Shown here piece by piece: positions 50,280-61,821 of a DNA stretch of 64,000 nucleotides. Location of the stretch: NCBI GenBank assembly GCA_030054735.1, contig JASGVX010000003.1, positions 1,532-65,531 on the forward strand. The letters are read 5' to 3'. The position numbers and the translations under genes were made by a program. The notes beneath the pieces were generated by a model. The model was not told where the DNA came from. It saw only the letters and a list, made by a program, of their open reading frames with translations, and ran no database searches. Source of the stretch: Methanobacteriota archaeon (lineage in GTDB: Archaea > Halobacteriota > Methanosarcinia > Methanosarcinales > Methanosarcinaceae). The stretch's first letter is position 1; each line of letters starts with the position of its first letter.

Positions 50280-51530
50280 GTGCTGAGGGTAATGACTTCC
50301 AGAAACTTTCTTACGATAGATGACTTTGACATACGCGGAAAGACAATTCTTTTAAGAGTCGATATGAACTCTCCTATGGACACTCAGGGTCACATTCTGG
50401 ACGATATGAGGATAAGGAGTCATATTGCGACTCTTAAAGACCTCGAGAAAGCAAAAGTTGTTGTGCTTGCGCACCAGAGCAGACCTGGAAGAAAAGATTT
50501 CACTACTATGAAACCTCATGCCCATCTGCTGTCCAGGTATCTGGGCAGGCAAGTTACTTATGTGGATGACATCTTCGGGACTTTTGCAAAAACCCAGATT
50601 ACTTCTATGGAAGATGGGGATGTCATTGTGCTCGAAAATGTCAGGTTCTATTCTGAAGAAAGCATTGAAAGGACGCCAGCCGAACAGGCTAATTCCTACA
50701 TGGTTCAAAAACTCTTGCCTTTTATCGATATTTTTCTCAATGACGCATTTGCAGTATCCCACAGGTCCCATCTTTCTGTTGTAGGCTTTACCGAAGTTCT
50801 TCCTTCGGGAGCCGGCAGAGTAATGGAAAAAGAACTTACCTCTCTGGACAGGGCGGTTAAAGGAGGGGAAAGGCCATGTATTTTTGTCCTGGGCGGGGCA
50901 AAGGTGGATGACTCCCTGAAAGTAACTGAAAATATCCTCGCAAGTGGCGGGGCTGACAGAGTGCTTCTTACAGGGGTGGTTGCAAACGTTGCTCTTGCCG
51001 CTTCTGGAGTAGAGATCGGAAAAGTCAATATGGATTTTATTAAGTCTCAGGGCTATGAAGACCAGATCGAAAGGGCAAAAAGTTTACTTGCGAAGTTTAA
51101 CGGCAAAATTGGTCTTCCGAAGGATGTAGCTTTAAATGACCACAAAAAACGCGTTGAAGCTCGTATTTCTAAACTTAATTCCAATTCTCTGCCCATCAAT
51201 GATATAGGGCTCGAAACTATTGTGGAATACAGTAATGAAATCCAGAACGCCAAAACCGTTGTCCTGAATGGTCCTGCAGGGGTTTCTGAGGCGGATGATT
51301 TTGCCCTAGGTACTCATGAAATTATAAAAGCTGCTATTAAATCCGAATTCTCTATCGTCGGAGGTGGACATATCTCAGTTGAAGTCGCACACCTCGGGCT
51401 GGAACACCGCTTTTCACACATCAGCACGGGCGGAGGAGCCTGTATTGATTACCTTGCAGGAGAAAAGTTGCCAGGAGTTGAGGCTCTTAAGGCAGCCTGC
51501 AACAAATATCAGGGAGCTAAAGAACTTTAA
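50280..51530 (+). CDS. pgk: phosphoglycerate kinase
   Basis: LRVDMNSP, AHQSRPG, LENVRF, GGAKV, GGGH, HISTGGGA. Confidence 0.97.
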   Translation: MLRVMTSRNFLTIDDFDIRGKTILLRVDMNSPMDTQGHILDDMRIRSHIATLKDLEKAKVVVLAHQSRPGRKDFTTMKPHAHLLSRYLGRQVTYVDDIFGTFAKTQITSMEDGDVIVLENVRFYSEESIERTPAEQANSYMVQKLLPFIDIFLNDAFAVSHRSHLSVVGFTEVLPSGAGRVMEKELTSLDRAVKGGERPCIFVLGGAKVDDSLKVTENILASGGADRVLLTGVVANVALAASGVEIGKVNMDFIKSQGYEDQIERAKSLLAKFNGKIGLPKDVALNDHKKRVEARISKLNSNSLPINDIGLETIVEYSNEIQNAKTVVLNGPAGVSEADDFALGTHEIIKAAIKSEFSIVGGGHISVEVAHLGLEHRFSHISTGGGACIDYLAGEKLPGVEALKAACNKYQGAKEL

Positions 51531-51629
51531 GGCCTGTTTCCTCCAATTTCCTCCAATGCCAGAAACATACTTTAAACAGCTTCAATAAACATACTGTTAT
51601 ACCAGTATACAGGTATACCGTCATCTGAG

Positions 51630-51696
51630 AGTGGCTGATAAGTAGCTGATAAAGTGGCTGATAAAGTGGCTGATAAAGTAGCTGATAAAGTGGCTG
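51630..51696. repeat. 12-bp tandem repeat AAAGT(G/A)GCTGAT, ~5.5 units
   Basis: Directly visible tandem between pgk and the AMMECR1 gene. Confidence 0.9.
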
Positions 51697-51758
51697 GTAC
51701 TTACAGCTTAAAGATACGATTGACGAGTTAAATACAGTTTACAGGTGTTGGTTCAAGA

Positions 51759-52358
51759 ATGCTTACAGAAACAGAAGGCAGGGCTGCAGTCAAGCTGGCA
51801 AGAAAAACGATTGAAGCGTTTTTATCAGAGGGGAAGATCCCTGATTCTCAGGAATTGGGTATTGATATTTCTCCAGTCTTTGGGGAATATAGAGGTGTTT
51901 TTGTCACATTGAGCGAAGACGGGCTCCTGAGAGGTTGTATTGGGCATCCTTACCCTGACTCAACTCTTGAAGATGCAATTCTTGATTCCGCAATATCTGC
52001 GGCAACCCGTGACCCACGCTTTCCTCCTGTTGAGGAAGAGGAGCTAAAAAGCATAACTGTTGAGGTTACAATACTGACTCAACCTGAAAAAATCAATGCT
52101 TCTCCAAAAGACCTTCCGGATAAGGTGGAGATTGGCAAACACGGGCTCATAGTAAAACAGGGATACTACCAGGGACTGCTGCTTCCGCAGGTCGCTCCTG
52201 AAAATAATATGGATTCTATTGATTTTCTGAGCCATACATGCATTAAAGCCGGCCTTTCTCCGGACGCCTGGCTTAAAGGAGCAGAGGTTTACTGTTTTGA
52301 GGGGCAGATCTTTAAGGAAAAGAATCCTGAAGGAGAAGTCATGGAAGAGAAATTCTAA
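51759..52358 (+). CDS. AMMECR1-domain protein
   Basis: GVFVTL, LRGCIG, DPRFPPV, GLLLPQV, C.KAGL...W. Confidence 0.93.
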   Translation: MLTETEGRAAVKLARKTIEAFLSEGKIPDSQELGIDISPVFGEYRGVFVTLSEDGLLRGCIGHPYPDSTLEDAILDSAISAATRDPRFPPVEEEELKSITVEVTILTQPEKINASPKDLPDKVEIGKHGLIVKQGYYQGLLLPQVAPENNMDSIDFLSHTCIKAGLSPDAWLKGAEVYCFEGQIFKEKNPEGEVMEEKF

Positions 52359-52603
52359 ACTTTGAATCTCTTCTTTGAATAATTTCTTCTTCGAATAATT
52401 TCTTCTTTGAATAATTTCATAAAATAGTCTCTTAAAAAGAACCTGCTGGCTCATATGAGCTCTAATTTGCTGTATCAGTCTGTTTGCAGGTTCTTTTCAG
52501 GGTTTTTTTATGGGGGAGCTAACCTTTTCTGTTTTTCAGGTTAAGTTCAAGATATGACAGTCTGACATTAATCCGTTTTATCGGTTTATTTAGTCTGAAG
52601 GGT

Positions 52604-53062
52604 TTATTCAATCTGAATCTTGTTTCCGGTCAAAGATTTCGTTTTTGGCAGAGTGACTGTTAAGACACCATTTTTGAGCTGGGCAGTTGCCCCTTCTTCT
52701 GTTACGTTTTCTGGAAGAGAAATCTCACGGTAGTAGCGCATGAAAGACCTCTCTTTTCTGAGATAGCCTTCATTTTTTGTCTCCTCTTCTTTTCCTTTCC
52801 CTGCGCTGATCACAAGGATGTTGTTCTTCAGGTTCAGCTCGACATTTTCTTTGTCAATGCCAGGCAGGTCAGTTGTAACAATTACCTTATCATCTTCTTC
52901 CACAACATCAGTCAGAGGTTCTAATGTCTCGCTTACGTACCTGTTATCAAGTGCAGGGAATGTTCTTAACATATGTTCCATATAGTCCTGCATCCTTCTT
53001 ATCTCATCAAACGGGTCCCAGGTGTACACGTCACGGGATGGTCTCTTTATTGGCAGTTTCAT
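52604..53062 (-). CDS. small heat shock protein Hsp20
   Basis: DLPGIDKENV, ERSF..Y.R...LP, A.LKNGVLTVTLPK. Confidence 0.95.
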   Translation of the reverse strand: MKLPIKRPSRDVYTWDPFDEIRRMQDYMEHMLRTFPALDNRYVSETLEPLTDVVEEDDKVIVTTDLPGIDKENVELNLKNNILVISAGKGKEEETKNEGYLRKERSFMRYYREISLPENVTEEGATAQLKNGVLTVTLPKTKSLTGNKIQIE

Positions 53063-53149
53063 GTAAATTCCTCCTTAGTCTTATTCAGGAAATCCTCTGA
53101 TACCGGTTCTTCCGGTCTTTTTTCGGATTTTCTGGTTTTAGTTAATTTT

Positions 53150-53335
53150 TTGTTGGTTTAGGTTGATGTTTTTTAGGTCGGTTGGTGTTTTTTAAGTTGG
53201 TTGATGTTTTTTAAGTTGGTTGATGTTGTTTAGGTTGGTTGGGGTTGTTTAGGTCGGTTGGAGTTGTTTAGGTTGGTTGGTGTTTTTTAGGTTGGTTGGA
53301 GGTTGATTGGAGTTGTTTAGGTCGCTTGGTGTTTT
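53150..53335. repeat. degenerate ~19-bp G/T-rich tandem repeat upstream of hsp20
   Basis: Units like TTTAGGTTGGTTGGTGTTT repeated roughly 8-9 times. Confidence 0.85.
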
Positions 53336-53967
53336 TTATTCGATCTGTAAGTTTCTGGAGGTGTGGAACAGTTCATTTTCTTTCTTCACAGGAAGCTGCC
53401 TGAAAGCATGGAAACCTTATCAGGGGGGAGATTTGAGAGTGGAGATTTTTTTCTCTGTAATGGCTTAGAGGCAAAATAGATGAGAGTTTCAGGCTCTCAT
53501 CGCTTTCGTGAAGGAAATTAATCCGTTTTTAAGGTGGTGCAAGTTCACCTTCTGTCTGTTCGCAGATCTTGTTTACAGGTCTTTGAAAGAGTAACTGATA
53601 GTCTTGCCTCACTGATAGTATTTTTTGGTTACTATCTAGTTTGATTATCTCTCAGTTACTATCCCTTAGTTAGTGCTCTTTATATTTATAACTTTCGTTT
53701 GAGTTCACTTTGCCTATAAGACCCAAGAAAAAACGCTGTGTGCTGGGTTTGAGGGGTATTTTTTACTAAGCGTATGAAAATTAAGAGAACGAAAACCGGG
53801 AAAAACAGCAGCATTAGATAATGTGCTTGCCCATAAAATACCATGAAAACAGTTATTTTTAAGGTAAATGGGACGTTTTTTGGGTGGAGAACTTATTTTT
53901 TGGGTACAGACGTGATTTCTTCTGTTTTTGAGATAGTTTATATATATTCATTTTCTAAAATATACAT

Positions 53968-54339
53968 ATGAATGAAGGCAAGATAAAGAATACTATAACT
54001 AGAAGTTTTGAGCTTCAGGACTACATGATAGGAGGAGCGGAACTTTCAGGCTTCTGGGCAAACCTGCTCAGTGAGGAAGAACTGACAGTTGAGGTAAATT
54101 ACAGGCCTGAAAGCAAAAAGATATTCAGTCCTGCAGAAATAGAAACTCTTATCCGTGAAATCTGCGGGAAATGCAAAAGCTTTGAAACCCAGCTTCCAGA
54201 AAACATAAAATGTGAGGTCACCTTCAAGGATTTCGGGGGAAAAGTATACAAAACAAGCCAGTCAAACTTTGAACTTCATCCAGGGGAAATAGATGAGCTT
54301 AAGGTTGTTTACCGCTTCTACGTAGCTTATTACGTTTAA
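53968..54339 (+). CDS. hypothetical protein (123 aa)
   Basis: ATG-started ORF with normal composition; no motif recognised. Confidence 0.7.
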   Translation: MNEGKIKNTITRSFELQDYMIGGAELSGFWANLLSEEELTVEVNYRPESKKIFSPAEIETLIREICGKCKSFETQLPENIKCEVTFKDFGGKVYKTSQSNFELHPGEIDELKVVYRFYVAYYV

Positions 54340-55051
54340 CTTTTCTTTTAATTTTTTATTGTATGCTGGAATGGAAAAAAGAAGAAAAACCCTGACTTGA
54401 AGTTTTCTTATAGCCTTTGATCTGATCTTTATCAACTTTAAGATTGTAAGCGGCAATCCGGGGATTTGTAATCCCGGTGCTCCTGTCTACAAAGGTTATG
54501 AAACCACCTGTTCAATTAAATTTTAAATAGGTGAGCTCATTTATATAAATATACGTTGAACAGTATATATTGACGGGGATAATTAATCAGCAGCATTAGG
54601 CATTGACTATAAAATTTAATCCTAATATATTTTAATAATGTGTATATATTATTACCAATATAATCTCTAAAAAAAATCAAAGGAAGAATTGTATTTATTT
54701 TTTAACCCTGAGCTTCATTTGGTGCTGATGCTCCAATGCTCAATATGATAGTCTTTTTTTTACCTGCTTCAGTTATAGTTCTGATAGCCATGTTTGCCTA
54801 TGCAAAAAATATTTGCAAAAAACGCAAGAAACGAAAAGGATAGATGAAGCCGAAAGAGACTTCATGAAAGCAGAAAAAAGAGAAACTGCAAGAAGAATAG
54901 AAGAAAGGTGTACTCGGAAAGTGACGAAATTGGAGAGTATGATGACGATTTTGATAATGACGGAGAATGAAAATTACAACTGTAATATCTTAAAAATATA
55001 AAAAAGAGAGCTTAAGTTTTAAGGGCTTACACGCCTTAAAACTCTGTTAAT

Positions 55052-55795
55052 TTATTCTTCCTTTCTGCGACCAAAAATAAACATTAAACCAAGCATTGCT
55101 GCAACGGGCAGAGCTATTGTGGGGAATTCTGGAATTTCTGTAGTATTACCAGTGCCCATGAAGTAAGCACTGCTCAGATTATAATCTTGCCCCCATTCAA
55201 CATATGCACCAAAAATTGGCGCTGGATCAGTAAGTGGTTCTTTTAAAGTGACATGGATTTCAGAAAATCTATCACGGTTCTTAGGATTCGTCGCAGAATC
55301 ATGTATTATAAAAACATTAGTAAAGGTAATTTCAGTACCAGGATATTTAAAGTCATCAAAAACTACATAAATAGGTATAATAGAGTTTTGCGATGTTAAA
55401 GGGCTTTGCGATATTAAAGGGTTTTGCGATGTTAAAGAGCTTGGCAATGGTAAGGAGTTTGGCAATGCTAAAGAATTTGGCAATGCTAAAGAGTTTGGCA
55501 ATAGTAAAGAGTTTGGCAATAGTAAAGGATCAATCTTACTGTGATTTTTATCTGTTACTTTATCCACTTTTACGCCTTCAGGAAGTCCTAACATATAAAA
55601 CCAACCATCTGGAGCACCTCTTCCCTGCGTACTAAAAGTTACCACATTACCTGAAACACTTGCAGTAACATATTGTTTTTCTTTATAGCTAGGTATACTA
55701 CAGTTATCAAGCACAGCATAATAATCAGCAGCTAAAGCTGTGCCTGTTAAAGAGATTAAACACACTAATATTCCAATAATGTATTTTAATTTCAC
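55052..55795 (-). CDS. PEF-CTERM surface protein 1
   Basis: GTG start MKLKYIIGIL signal; C-terminal PEFPTIALPVAAMLGLMFIFGRRKEE. Confidence 0.92.
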   Translation of the reverse strand: MKLKYIIGILVCLISLTGTALAADYYAVLDNCSIPSYKEKQYVTASVSGNVVTFSTQGRGAPDGWFYMLGLPEGVKVDKVTDKNHSKIDPLLLPNSLLLPNSLALPNSLALPNSLPLPSSLTSQNPLISQSPLTSQNSIIPIYVVFDDFKYPGTEITFTNVFIIHDSATNPKNRDRFSEIHVTLKEPLTDPAPIFGAYVEWGQDYNLSSAYFMGTGNTTEIPEFPTIALPVAAMLGLMFIFGRRKEE

Positions 55796-56351
55796 TCGTT
55801 CAAAACCTCCTTTAGAGGAAAATATAGTTGTTTTCTTATTAATCTACAAATGCATATACTTATTCACATAAATATAATTTATATAGTAGATATGTACAAA
55901 AACAAATTATCTAGGATGTCTCAAAACTCAAACCATTTCTACAATTGGATAATGAGATACATTAACTTTAAAAATAAGCCCACTTAAAATAGAGAAATTT
56001 AGATATAAATTAACCTTGTAGTGGAAAATTTGACACTATTGTAGAATTAACTTTATTTTTGAGACAGTCTGTATCAATGGTTACAACTATTTAACATTAA
56101 ATTTAAATCATGAAAGATATTGATATTTAAGTTCTATAAAAATGTATAATTAATATCTTAAAAATTAGAGGAGGCCGTGTGTGCTTTAAATTCTGAAATT
56201 TTACCCGCTGCTTATGATCCTATACTCAGAATTGGAGAATTGATGACAGTTCAGATAATAACTGGGAATGAAAATCACAACAGTACTATCTCAAAAATAT
56301 AAAAAAGAAAAGTTAAGTTTTAAGGGCTTTACGCCTTAAAACTCTGTTGAT

Positions 56352-57005
56352 TTATTTCTGTTTTCTGCGGCCAAAAATAAACATTAAACCAAGAATTGCT
56401 GCAATGGGCAGAGCTATTGTGGGGAATTCTGGAATGTTTGAACTGCCTCCGTTTGAACTGCCTCCGTTTGAACTGCCTCTGCTTCCCCCTACATAGTTAG
56501 ACTTATCTCCACCCCAACTGACCTTGAGAACTATCGAATAACCATCAATCTTTTTAATCTCTGATTCAAGACCTTCATGTGTAATTACAATTGGTCCTCC
56601 AGATTTATACTCATTTCTCGTACTTCCTTCCCATGCAGATACAGGCGAAAAATCTCCGAAGAAGTTAGGGCTTACCTTTCCTTTGTCAATATGACCCCAA
56701 ACTTCAACTAAATTTTTTTCTTGTAGTTTAGGATCATTGTTTACTGCGTCATCCCCTTCCTTATAATTAACACGTAAATAAATACCTTGAATATCAAAAT
56801 CTGTGGGCAAACTCGCAGCTCCATTTGTTGGTTTTGCTTCCACACTTACTGTATTTCCGTCAAATATAGCCTTAATCTCAACATTCTCAGGAACTTCATA
56901 TGGATCGTCCTTATAAATATCTACAGGAACCACTGTTTTCGCACTTGCAGTGCCAACTATAAGCAACAGAAGTGCAAGAATTCCAATAATGTATTTTAAT
57001 TTCAC
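56352..57005 (-). CDS. PEF-CTERM surface protein 2
   Basis: Same signal; PEFPTIALPIAAILGLMFIFGRRKQK; GGSSN linker repeats. Confidence 0.92.
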   Translation of the reverse strand: MKLKYIIGILALLLLIVGTASAKTVVPVDIYKDDPYEVPENVEIKAIFDGNTVSVEAKPTNGAASLPTDFDIQGIYLRVNYKEGDDAVNNDPKLQEKNLVEVWGHIDKGKVSPNFFGDFSPVSAWEGSTRNEYKSGGPIVITHEGLESEIKKIDGYSIVLKVSWGGDKSNYVGGSRGSSNGGSSNGGSSNIPEFPTIALPIAAILGLMFIFGRRKQK

Positions 57006-57443
57006 CCTTTCAAACCCCCTTTGAATAATTAAGTAAACATTTATCTATTAATTTATAAGAAGATAAACTTTTCTATACAGATATAATTTATATAGTAGAA
57101 CTAAACAAAAATAAATTAAAAATGGCTATAACTATTTAATTCTGAATTAAAATTATGAAAAATATTGATATTTAAGTTCTATGAAAAGTTCATAAAAGCA
57201 GAAAAAAGAGAAACTGCAAGAAGAATAAAACAGTATACCCTGAAGGGGACGAAATTGAAGAATATGGTGAAGGTTCTGATAATAGCGGAGAATGAAAATC
57301 ACAGTTAGGCTATCTTTAAAATATAAAAAGAAAAAAATAAGTTTTAAGGGCTTTCGCACCTTAAAAGTCATCACAATTGGGCTATCTTAAAAATATAAAA
57401 AAATTAAATTTTAAGGGCTTTCGCGCCTTAAAACTCTGTTAAT

Positions 57444-58031
57444 TTATTCCTCTTTTCTGCGGCCAAAAATAAATATTAAACCAAGCATTGCTGCAACTGG
57501 CAGGGCTATTGTGGGGAATTCTGGAATAGAATAACCTGAAACCCATGTGCTGCCTACAAGAGCCTCACCCTGCTTCCCAAACGAAATATGAACAACAACA
57601 CTGTTCCCCTGGTCATTTGTAGGAAGTGAACTTTCCAAAGGTTTATCTAATGTGATTGTAATTGGACCTCTTGTTTTTATACTACCTCCTTCCTTTTTAA
57701 TTTCTGTATTGAATTTTCCGAATTCGCTTTCCTGAAATTCACCGTAGGAAGTTTCCCATGTACTACCCTGACCCTCATCGACAACATTTAGAACCGTGTA
57801 GCCGGCAGGAAGCACAATTCCAATCGTTTTAAGATCCACATTTGAGATACCAACTAGACCGGGGCTGACGTCCTGGACGGTTATAGTGTCTCCTACACAT
57901 GTGACTTGAATCTTTATTTTTCCTGAATATTGTATCTTATTTACGTCTTCCAAATAAAATGTTTCTGCACTTGCAGTGCCAGCCATAAGCAACAGTAGTG
58001 CAAGAATTCCAATAATATATTTTAATTTCAC
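57444..58031 (-). CDS. PEF-CTERM surface protein 3
   Basis: Same signal and PEF-CTERM tail. Confidence 0.92.
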   Translation of the reverse strand: MKLKYIIGILALLLLMAGTASAETFYLEDVNKIQYSGKIKIQVTCVGDTITVQDVSPGLVGISNVDLKTIGIVLPAGYTVLNVVDEGQGSTWETSYGEFQESEFGKFNTEIKKEGGSIKTRGPITITLDKPLESSLPTNDQGNSVVVHISFGKQGEALVGSTWVSGYSIPEFPTIALPVAAMLGLIFIFGRRKEE

Positions 58032-58554
58032 CCGTTCAAAACCTCCTTGTATAGTACAAAGTTGATGTTTTTTCTATTAATCTATAAGTAGATATACTTA
58101 TTCAGATAAATATAATTTATATAGTAGATCTAAGCAAAAATAGATCATTAATAGCTATAAATATTCAATATTGAATTAAAATCATGAAACTCATTGATAA
58201 TTAATTTCTATAAAATTATCAAATCAATATCTTAAAAAAATTAGAGGAGCCCGTGTCTGCTTTCAATTCAGATATTTTACCCGCCGCTTATGATCCTATA
58301 CTCAATATAATACTTCTTTTCACTTGCTTTAATTATATTGCTTATAACAAAGTTTGCCTCTGTGAAATATAAGCGCAAAAGAAAGAATTTGAAGACGAAA
58401 GCTCTTATGACTCTTATTATATGGAATGGAGGCCTGAATAGAGTTAACTCCTCAAAAGACGAGGTAAAAAAGAAAAGCTTAAATTTTAAAGCTGCATTCC
58501 GCAGTATTTTTCGAAAATCTATACTTTTCTTGATAGCGTTTTTGAAAACATCAA

Positions 58555-58671
58555 TAGGACTTGCGCAGTTGAATTGAAAACCACGAGCGTATGTGACTTA
58601 ACTGTATAAACTCAAATAATGTTGACGAGCTTGCATGTGTCTGATTTTACATTTCAACTGCGTAAGTCCTA
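58555..58671. mobile_element. 117-bp MITE, copy 2
   Basis: TAGGACTTGCGCAGTTGAA...TTCAACTGCGTAAGTCCTA; same length as 31604-31720. Confidence 0.85.
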
Positions 58672-59061
58672 ATAATATCTAAAAAAACCAGAGGAAGAAC
58701 TGTATTTATTTTTCGATCCTGAACCTCATTCGCTGCTGATGCTCCAATGCTCAATATGATACCCGTTTTTTACCGGCTTCAGTTACAGTTCTGATACCCA
58801 TGTTTGCCTGTGTAAAATATATTGCAAAAAAAGCAAGAAACGAAAAGGACAGATGAAGCCGAAAGAGAGTTCATAAAAGCAGAAAAAAGAGAAACTGCAA
58901 GAAGAATAGAAGAAACAATATACTCAGAAAGGGACGAAATAAGAGAATTGATGACGGTTCTGATAATGGCGGAGGATGAAAGTTACAACTCTACTATCAT
59001 AATAATATAAAAAAAGAGAGGTTAAGTTTTAAGGGTTTTCGCGCCTTAAAACTCTGTTAAT

Positions 59062-59709
59062 TTATTCCTCTTTTTTGCGGCCAAAAACAAATATTAAACC
59101 AAGCATTGCTGCAACTGGCAGGGCTATTGTGGGGAATTCTGGAACTTGTGTAGGTGTATCTGGAATAGTCTTATAACCTGAAACATATGTACAATATTGA
59201 GGATCCAAACGATCTTCAATACAAACAGCAACTTTATTCCCATTCGTAAAAAGTGAACCTTTTAAATTTTGATCTAATGTGATTATAATTGGACCTCTTG
59301 TATACACGCTACTAGATAAATTGCGTTCCTCATAGCTATCAGAGCCACCAAAATTATCAAAGTAATGACTGAAAAGTCCGATGCCTCTAACAAACCAATC
59401 TTTATCCGCAGGCTTCCCCATCTTAAGCTTATCTACCTCACACCAAAAACTACGCTTACTCCCATCGCTAATCTCTTCAACATTGTAGCCTTCAGGAAGA
59501 TCAATTACAATCCACGCAAGTTTCATATTTTTGGTATTTGGGCTGACGTCCTCGACGGTTATAGTCTTTCCTTCACACGTGACTTTAATCATTACTTTTC
59601 CTTTATAAAATTCACTACTTGCATTTTCCAAATAAAATGTTTCTGCACTTGCAGTGCCAGCCATAAGCAACAAAATTGCAAGAATTCCAATAATGTATTT
59701 TAATTTCAC
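59062..59709 (-). CDS. PEF-CTERM surface protein 4 (paralog of 3)
   Basis: AETFYLE...VTC.G.TITV.DVSP...TRGPI.ITLD shared with protein 3. Confidence 0.92.
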   Translation of the reverse strand: MKLKYIIGILAILLLMAGTASAETFYLENASSEFYKGKVMIKVTCEGKTITVEDVSPNTKNMKLAWIVIDLPEGYNVEEISDGSKRSFWCEVDKLKMGKPADKDWFVRGIGLFSHYFDNFGGSDSYEERNLSSSVYTRGPIIITLDQNLKGSLFTNGNKVAVCIEDRLDPQYCTYVSGYKTIPDTPTQVPEFPTIALPVAAMLGLIFVFGRKKEE

Positions 59710-60393
59710 CTTTTCAAAACCCCCTTTGATGAATTAATTAAACACTTATCTATTAATGTCTAAGTAGATAAATCTACTCATAATAATATAATTTATATAG
59801 TGAGATTAAACAAAAATAGGTCATAAATGACTACAACTATTTAATGTTAAATTATAATCGTGAAAGATATTTATATTTTAATTATAAAATATTATGTAAT
59901 CAATATCTTAAGCAAATTAGGGGATGTCATGTGTTCTTTCAATTCTGAAATTTTTACCGCTGCTTATGATCTCATATTATTTTAACGTTTATATATTATT
60001 ACTAAAATAATACCTGAAAAACAAGAGAGAACTGTATTATATTTTTCGATCCTGAACCTCATTCTCTGCTGATGCTCCAAAGCTTAATATGATACCCGTT
60101 TTTTACCGGCTTCAGTTATAGTTCTGATAAGCATCTTTGCCTGTGCAAATATATTGCAAAAAAAGCAAGAAACGAAAAGAATAGATGAAGTTGAAAGAGA
60201 GTTCATGAAAGCAGAAAAAAGAGAAACTGCAAGAAGAATAGAAGAAACAGTATACTCAGAAAGGGACGAAATAGGAGGATTGATGACGGTTCTGATAATG
60301 GCGGAGGATGAAAGTTACAACTCTACTATCATAATAATATAAAAAAAGAGAGGTTAAGTTTTAAGGGCTTTCACGCCTTAAAACTCTGTTAAT

Positions 60394-61053
60394 TTATTCC
60401 TCTTTTTTGCGGCCAAAAATAAATATTAAACCAAGCATTGCTGCAACTGGCAGGGCAATTGTGGGGAATTCTGGAACTTGTGTAGGTGTATTTGTAGTAG
60501 TACCAGTACCCATGAAGCAAGCACAAGTGATCGGACAACAACATGGTACACAGCAACAACGTTTTTGTGTTACCCAGTCAACACGAGCACCAAAAGTTGG
60601 CGCAGGATCAGTAAGTGGTTCTTTTAAAGTCACATGGATTTCAGAAAATCTATCAGGGTTGTGAATATTCAACACCCTAGCATGATATAAAACAACTTTA
60701 GTTAAGGTTATTTCGGTATTAAGATATTTACTACTATAAACCCAATAGCGAGGGTAGTTCAATATGTTATATGGATAATATGGATGGATCTTACCGTTAT
60801 ATTTATCTGTTACTGAAACCACTTCTACGCCATCAGGAAGTCCTACCATATAAAACCAACCAGTTTGAGTAGGATTTATTCCCTGCGTTCTAAAAGTTAC
60901 CACATTACCTGAAACACTTGCTGTAACATGTTGTTTTTCTTCACCGCCAGGTACGCTACAGTCATCAAGTACAGCATAATAATCAGTAGCTAATGCTGTA
61001 CCTGTCAAAGAGATTAAACCCACTAATATTCCAATAATGTATTTTAATTTCAC
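60394..61053 (-). CDS. PEF-CTERM surface protein 5 (paralog of 1) with Cys-rich insert
   Basis: DYYAVLD.CS...VTASVSGNVVTF shared with protein 1; CCCVPCCCPITCAC. Confidence 0.92.
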   Translation of the reverse strand: MKLKYIIGILVGLISLTGTALATDYYAVLDDCSVPGGEEKQHVTASVSGNVVTFRTQGINPTQTGWFYMVGLPDGVEVVSVTDKYNGKIHPYYPYNILNYPRYWVYSSKYLNTEITLTKVVLYHARVLNIHNPDRFSEIHVTLKEPLTDPAPTFGARVDWVTQKRCCCVPCCCPITCACFMGTGTTTNTPTQVPEFPTIALPVAAMLGLIFIFGRKKEE

Positions 61054-61821
61054 CCTCTCAAAACCTCCTTTAGAGAATAAAAGTATATACTTTTCTATTA
61101 ATCTGCAAATAGATAAACTTATTCATATAAATATAATTTATATGGTAAACGTATACAAAAATTAATTATAAATAACTATAACTATCTAACATTAAATTAA
61201 AATCATAAAAGACAGTTATATTCAAGTTCTGTAAAATTATATAATCAATATCTTAAAAAAAACTAGAGAAGGCCGTGTTTGCATTCAATTCTGAAATTTT
61301 ACCCGTTGCTAATGGTCCTTCCTATGCTCAATATAGTACTTATTCTTATATGCTTTAAATATATTGCTTATAATGAAGTTTGCCTCTTTTAAATATAACG
61401 CAAAAGTAAGAATTTGCAGACGAAGACTCTTATGATTCGATGATATGTAACGGAGGCCGGGATAGGATTAACCTTCCAAAAACTGAGGTAAAAAAGAAAA
61501 GCTTAAATTTTAAACCTATATTCCACAGGATTTTTCGAAAATCAATATTTTTTGGATAGCGTTTTTGAAATAAATCAAATAAATTGCAAAAAAAGCAAGA
61601 AACGAAAAGGACAGATGAAGCCGAAAGAGAGTTCATGAAATCAGAAAAAGAGAAACTACAATAAGAATAGAAGAAACAGTATACTCAGAAAGGGACGAAA
61701 TTGGAGAATTGATGACGGTTCTGATAATGACTGAGAATGAAAATTACAAATCTACAATCTTAATAATATAAAAAAAGAGAGGTTAAGTTTTAAGGGCTTT
61801 CGCGCCTTAAACTCTGTTAAT

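Noticed and set aside
53150-53335. CRISPR array
   Set aside because: Units are short, degenerate and contiguous, with no unique spacers and no cas genes.
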